DNA of 64,000 bases from Syntrophomonadaceae bacterium (GTDB taxonomy: Bacteria > Bacillota > PH28-bin88), in NCBI GenBank assembly GCA_018333865.1, contig JAGXSE010000061.1:25458-89457 (forward strand), given 5' to 3'. The translations under genes and the position numbers were made by a program. Below are positions 59,911-64,000 of this stretch, one piece after another. The first letter of the stretch is position 1. Every line of letters begins with the position of its first letter. The notes beneath the pieces were generated by a model. That model had not been told where the DNA came from. It saw only the letters and a program-made list of their open reading frames with translations, and did not search any database.

Positions 59911-61071
59911 TTGTACAAATTGCTGCTTTTGCGGTATGGAGAAATTGGGTTAAAGGGAAGCAACCGTTCTACCTTTGAAAAGAGGCTGGTGAAAAACATT
60001 TGCCAGGCAGTGGCAGATCTCCCTCCAAGAAAGGTCAGCTGCAGTTTCGGCCGCATCTATGTGGAGCTTGAAGGAGATGCTGAGGCCGTTGTTGAGAGAC
60101 TAAAGCGGGTTTTTGGCTTGGTCTCAATGAGCCCGGCGATGGCTGTTCCCCTTGATCTGGAGGCTATCCAGGAGGCTGCCCTTAAAGTCTTGCAAAACGG
60201 CCCGCCCGTATTAACCTTTAAAGTTGAGACAAGGCGCCCCAACAAAAGGTTTCCCCTGCAGTCCCCTGAGATCAACAGGGAAGTAGGCCATTACCTGCTG
60301 ACCAAAAACCCGGGATTGAAGGTAGATGTCCACTCTCCAGCAAGGGTGATCAGTATTGAGGTCCGCGACCATGAAGCCTATGTTTTTGGCGAGGTCTACA
60401 AAGGACCAGGCGGGCTGCCGGTAGGGGTTACCGGCCAGGGCCTTTTGCTTCTGTCTGGGGGCATCGACAGCCCGGTCGCCGGATGGCTGGGGATGAAGAG
60501 GGGATTGAAGATTGTCGCGCTGCACTTTTACAGCTATCCTTTTACCGGCGAACGCTCAAAAGAAAAAGTGCTGGACTTGTGCCGCGTCCTGGCCAGCTAC
60601 GGGGCGGAAATCAAGCTTTACATCGCCCCCTTTACTGACATCCAAAAAGAAATCCGCCGGCAATGCCATGAGGAGCTTTATATTACGATAATGCGCCGGA
60701 TGATGTTCAGGATTGCCGAAAAAATTGCCGCCAGGGACCGCATCCTTGCACTGCTGACCGGAGAGAGCCTTGGTCAGGTAGCCAGCCAGACCCTTTACAG
60801 CATGCATGCTATTAATGATGTAGTTGATCTGCCTGTCCTGCGGCCCCTGATTACCATGGACAAAACCGAGATTATCGAGTTGGCGCGGCAGATTGGCACC
60901 TTCGACATCTCCATCCGCCCATATGAAGACTGCTGTACCCTGTTTGTCCCCCGCCACCCGTCAATCCGGCCCCGGATGGACAGGGTGGCTGCCACTGAGC
61001 AGAACCTGCCCGTGACAGAATTGGTGGACACCTGTGTTGCCAACCTGGAGACGATTTTGATTAAACGATAG
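59911..61071 (+). CDS. thiI: tRNA 4-thiouridine synthase ThiI (no rhodanese domain)
   Basis: An N-terminal ferredoxin-like domain plus THUMP, with a PP-loop (LLLSGGIDSPVA). TTG start 8 nt after GAGGAGG. Confidence 0.92.
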   Translation: MYKLLLLRYGEIGLKGSNRSTFEKRLVKNICQAVADLPPRKVSCSFGRIYVELEGDAEAVVERLKRVFGLVSMSPAMAVPLDLEAIQEAALKVLQNGPPVLTFKVETRRPNKRFPLQSPEINREVGHYLLTKNPGLKVDVHSPARVISIEVRDHEAYVFGEVYKGPGGLPVGVTGQGLLLLSGGIDSPVAGWLGMKRGLKIVALHFYSYPFTGERSKEKVLDLCRVLASYGAEIKLYIAPFTDIQKEIRRQCHEELYITIMRRMMFRIAEKIAARDRILALLTGESLGQVASQTLYSMHAINDVVDLPVLRPLITMDKTEIIELARQIGTFDISIRPYEDCCTLFVPRHPSIRPRMDRVAATEQNLPVTELVDTCVANLETILIKR

Positions 61072-61093
61072 TACGTAATTTCTCCAAATATTA

Positions 61094-61483
61094 TCATTTG
61101 GCCAGTTCCTGCCGCACCAGGCGGTAGCCTTCCCGGCTGTCCTTTAAATAAGATAAATTAACTTCCACAAAAGGTTCCGCCTGCATATCCCCGGGGATGT
61201 GCTCCTCGAGCCCCGGCAGAATCTTTTTTAGCCGGTGCAAAATTTGCGGCGTGTCATCGTCAGACCCGGCATCAACCACTGAGATCAGCCAGCCTTCAGC
61301 CTGCAGCCGGGGCAAAAGATTTCTGGCCAGCCCTTCGATCGAGGCCCCGCAGTTTTTCACCCGCAGGACGATCCTCCCGTAATCCCTCGGCTGAAACGCT
61401 TCTATCAACCCGCCGGCCCAAATCCATAATACTGTACCCAGAGCCAGGAATGCCAGAACTAAATTAAGCTCGCCTGCATCCAC
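61094..61483 (-). CDS. Hypothetical 129-aa membrane-anchored protein with a GT-A-like fragment (VVDAGSDDDTPQIL)
   Basis: GTG start 6 nt after AAGGAGGG. One N-terminal TM helix. I recognise no family. Confidence 0.5.
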   Translation of the reverse strand: MDAGELNLVLAFLALGTVLWIWAGGLIEAFQPRDYGRIVLRVKNCGASIEGLARNLLPRLQAEGWLISVVDAGSDDDTPQILHRLKKILPGLEEHIPGDMQAEPFVEVNLSYLKDSREGYRLVRQELAK

Positions 61484-61657
61484 CGGCAGCCCTCCTTTGC
61501 AGCAGTTTCCGGTACCCCATCATATGCGGGCGATCGGCCCTCGGCGACCTTTTTGCTGCTGCCGGTGGTATGACTTTTGTGTTTTAAGCAATACTAAGTT
61601 CAGGGCTTTGCTAACAAAAACATCTGACTAATTATCAGGGCAAAAATTAAGGGGGGC

Positions 61658-61825
61658 ATGCTGATGGCAGCCGAAACGGATGGATGTTTAAAATGCAGTC
61701 ATCCCTTGGGATTATTGGAAAGTGTTTTGGAATTAGACCCGGTGCCAGTACCCGGAAAGGGCGAATTATGCCCAGAATGCTACCGGAATCTTTCCTGGGA
61801 AGAGCATAGCCGCTACTTTGGCTAG
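61658..61825 (+). CDS. Possible unannotated 53-55 aa zinc-ribbon protein (CLKC ... CPEC)
   Basis: AAGGGGGG precedes ATG 61658 and ATG 61664. The sequence is MLMAAETDGCLKCSHPLGLLESVLELDPVPVPGKGELCPECYRNLSWEEHSRYFG, followed by a 24-bp perfect palindrome (61842..61865). It competes with track ORF 61647..61919 (-). Confidence 0.45.
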   Translation: MLMAAETDGCLKCSHPLGLLESVLELDPVPVPGKGELCPECYRNLSWEEHSRYFG

Positions 61826-61985
61826 CAAGTCGGGAACGATTCTTGACTGCTGGCCAGCAGTCAAGCAGGGCCGTTCCGAAACCGATGGAAAACCCCACTC
61901 CATTTTTTTGTTTTTTCACCGACGGGGCGGCTCTGGGAAATATGTATCTGTTTAATATCTGGTCTGCCTACTTAGTTCTTGATTT

Positions 61986-63410
61986 TTAGAATCCGACTTC
62001 TAAACGGACCTCTTGCTGGATTTGTTCTAACTGCTCCTGGCTTTTTGCTTCCACATACAGGCGGAACAAGGGCTCTGTGCCTGAGGCCCGCACCAGGGCC
62101 CAGCTCCCGTCAGCAAGCACTATTTTCACCCCGTCAACCGTATGCCTTTGCACTACAGGCTGCCCGGCCACTTGCACCGGGTTCAGAGCAGCCATTCTTT
62201 CCATGATGATATCCTTGTCGCAGATATCAACGTGAATATCCAGGCGCTGGCTGACAGAAGGGCCAAAACGATCTTCAATTTCTTTCAGTATAGCTAGAAG
62301 GGATTTGCCGGTGGATGCAACCACTTCCACCATTAAAGCCGCAGCTAAAATACCATCCTTTTCCGGCAGGTGACCGCGGATGCTCATTCCCCCGCTTTCC
62401 TCGCCTCCCATCAGGCTGCCGGGGTCCAGCAGGGCCTGACCAATAAACTTAAAGCCAACAGGTGTTTCAACAACCTTAACCCCATAGAACTCCCCTATCC
62501 GGTCCAGCATATGAGTAGTTGCTACCGTCCGGACCACTTTGGTCCCTTCCCAGCGCCGGTTTTCCAACAGGTGGTACATGGTCAGCACCAACACCTGGTT
62601 GGCCGTCAGGAAACTCCCATCCCGGTCAATGATGCCAAACCTGTCGGCATCCCCATCCAGGGCCAGCCCCAGGTGAGCCCCTGTCTCTTTTACTTTTTCA
62701 ATCAGTTCCGGCAGATTCACTGCGTTAGGTTCCGGCAGCCGCCCACCAAAAAGAGGATTATGCTCCTGGTGAATGGCCTCGACCTGGCACCCAAATTCTC
62801 CCAGAAGGGTTTCCAGGTAACCGGTGCCGCAAGAATACATGGGGTCGATCACTACTTTAAGTCCTGCCGGCCTGATTTTAGCCCCGTCAATCAATCCCCG
62901 CAGGTGAGCCAAGTAGTCCTGAAAGGGATCGATCAGAGTGATCAGGTTAACACCGTCGACCAGGCAGGGATCATTTCGCAGCACACCTCCTGCGGCAAGG
63001 ATTTTTTCCAGCCGGGCTTCAATATCCCTGGTAATTTCGGGTAGCGCGGGACCGCCGTAGTGGGGAATAAACTTGATGCCGTTATACTCAGGCGGGTTGT
63101 GACTGGCTGTGATCATGACGGCGCCTGCAGCCTGATTTCGCACAACTGCAAAGGCTGTAACCGGTGTAGGAGTATCTTTTTTAGTCAGGAGCACCGGTAT
63201 CCCGTTAGCAGCAAAAACCTCCGCCGCTGCCTGAGCGAACTTATCGGACAAAAACCGGCGGTCAAACCCCACCACTACCCCCTGCTCCTTCCGGCCTGCA
63301 GCAATGATGTGGCCGGCGATAGCCTGAGTCACCGATCGCACGTTAGGAAAGGTAAAGTCTTCTGCCATTATTGACCTCCACCCATCCGTGCCGAATAGAA
63401 TTAATGGCAT
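61986..63410 (-). CDS. Phosphoglucomutase/phosphomannomutase (alpha-D-phosphohexomutase family)
   Basis: ITASHNPPEYNGIK (phosphoserine loop), GLALDGDADRFGI (Mg site) and GGEESGG (sugar loop). Confidence 0.9.
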   Translation of the reverse strand: MPLILFGTDGWRSIMAEDFTFPNVRSVTQAIAGHIIAAGRKEQGVVVGFDRRFLSDKFAQAAAEVFAANGIPVLLTKKDTPTPVTAFAVVRNQAAGAVMITASHNPPEYNGIKFIPHYGGPALPEITRDIEARLEKILAAGGVLRNDPCLVDGVNLITLIDPFQDYLAHLRGLIDGAKIRPAGLKVVIDPMYSCGTGYLETLLGEFGCQVEAIHQEHNPLFGGRLPEPNAVNLPELIEKVKETGAHLGLALDGDADRFGIIDRDGSFLTANQVLVLTMYHLLENRRWEGTKVVRTVATTHMLDRIGEFYGVKVVETPVGFKFIGQALLDPGSLMGGEESGGMSIRGHLPEKDGILAAALMVEVVASTGKSLLAILKEIEDRFGPSVSQRLDIHVDICDKDIIMERMAALNPVQVAGQPVVQRHTVDGVKIVLADGSWALVRASGTEPLFRLYVEAKSQEQLEQIQQEVRLEVGF

Positions 63411-63501
63411 GGCGTCCCTCCTCTTTGGAATACCGATTTCCGCATCATTGTAACATCGGCAATGCTCGCCGTCAACACCGGCGGCAGTTTACAGGAATAG
63501 T

Positions 63502-64000
63502 TTACCTGGGGGGTTTAGGCCAGTCGGAAATATCCACGGGCATTTGCAAATTGTCTTTTTTTACATCGGTATATAGCTTGCCGTTGGTCGCAATGGCGGC
63601 ATACACCACTTGATCCAGGCCGGTGATGCCCCTTTCTCTCAGCCTCCGCCTTAGCCAATCCTCGCTGAAGCCCAACTGCTGCAAATTGCGGCTGATTATT
63701 TTTCCATCCATCACAAGTTCAATGTTAAGGCCCTCGTATTCTGTCGGAACCCCCAGATCGCCGGGAGTTGCCGGGCGATGCTGGGATTTGGGCAAGACTG
63801 AGATGTTCCCGTTTGGTTCCAGGAGAGCGAATTCGACGTCATCCACCCGAAAGACACCTTTTTCGCGCAGCTGCATTAAAAGTTCGTCCAGATTGTAGCG
63901 CATCTTTCTCAAGTTCTGGTCCAGGATTTGTCCATTATGGACTACTATCGTAGGTTCGCCCTCAATCACCTTGCGGGCAGTTCTGCTCTTCAATGAGACC
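63502..64000 (-). CDS. DUF421 (YetF/YdfS-like) membrane protein, C-terminal part (gene runs off the right edge)
   Basis: IEGEPTIVVHNGQILDQNLRKMRYNLDELLMQLREKGVF is the typical DUF421 soluble domain. The frame stays open upstream of the track start through position 64000. Confidence 0.8.
   Translation of the reverse strand, partial: VSLKSRTARKVIEGEPTIVVHNGQILDQNLRKMRYNLDELLMQLREKGVFRVDDVEFALLEPNGNISVLPKSQHRPATPGDLGVPTEYEGLNIELVMDGKIISRNLQQLGFSEDWLRRRLRERGITGLDQVVYAAIATNGKLYTDVKKDNLQMPVDISDWPKPPR

Noticed and set aside
61647-61919. 90-aa minus-strand ORF in the gap downstream of the phosphohexomutase gene
   Set aside because: It has no SD, an odd composition and no motifs. The plus-strand zinc-ribbon ORF with a strong SD over the same DNA is the better, though still unproven, candidate.
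1-64000. Selenocysteine/TGA recoding, split pseudogenes, tRNA/rRNA genes, transposases, integrases, cas genes
   Set aside because: I looked for adjacent same-frame ORF pairs separated by a single stop and for the characteristic sequences of each element. The only interrupted gene is prfB (programmed frameshift), and none of the other element types was seen.

Overview
64-kb chromosomal window that looks like an anaerobic, spore-forming Firmicute (Clostridia/Peptococcaceae-like, mid-50s % GC by eye). It holds about 50 protein genes, more than 80% on the minus strand. I saw no rRNA, tRNA, CRISPR array, transposase or integrase. As I recall the Bacillus subtilis map, the backbone follows the same order: uvrA, uvrB, ctp protease, M23 peptidase, ftsX, ftsE, prfB, secA, hpf, comFC, comFA. 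Every junction carries an accessory block. Block 1 (uvrA/uvrB): HtrA, a homocitrate-synthase-family enzyme with an isocitrate-type dehydrogenase and GntR, a GpgS-like glycosyltransferase, and a 9x LysM protein. Block 2 (uvrB/ctp): carB, a CDF exporter, riboswitch-controlled cobT, a GGDEF cyclase, ychF, a Phd-Uma2 fusion, a REC/degenerate-GGDEF protein and a membrane HdrD-like Fe-S oxidoreductase. Block 3 (ftsE/prfB): split transketolase, YitT, ferredoxin, UbiB kinase, DUF2993. Block 4 (prfB/secA): an IlvD/Edd-family dehydratase and a MacAB-like efflux system. Block 5 (secA/hpf): an AbfD-like dehydratase with an Ldh_2 dehydrogenase, DUF5317, HD-GYP and an uncharacterised 199-aa protein. RNA and regulatory calls are a cobalamin riboswitch with its own promoter and terminator, the prfB +1 frameshift site, several good sigma-A-type promoters and intrinsic terminators, and a candidate attenuator leader in front of the CDF gene. 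The observations most worth a second look are: (1) two unannotated micro-ORFs with identical hydrophobic tails that differ only synonymously; (2) intergenic palindromic repeat families built on heptanucleotide arrays; (3) a Phd-antitoxin/Uma2-nuclease fusion bracketed by 17-nt direct repeats; (4) a c-di-GMP set of an active DGC, an I-site-only receptor-like REC protein and an HD-GYP; (5) two abutting perfect DnaA boxes far from any dnaA; (6) a ComFA-like protein with degenerate ATPase motifs; (7) a recently expanded LysM array. All functional calls come from my own reading of the translations. No database search was run.
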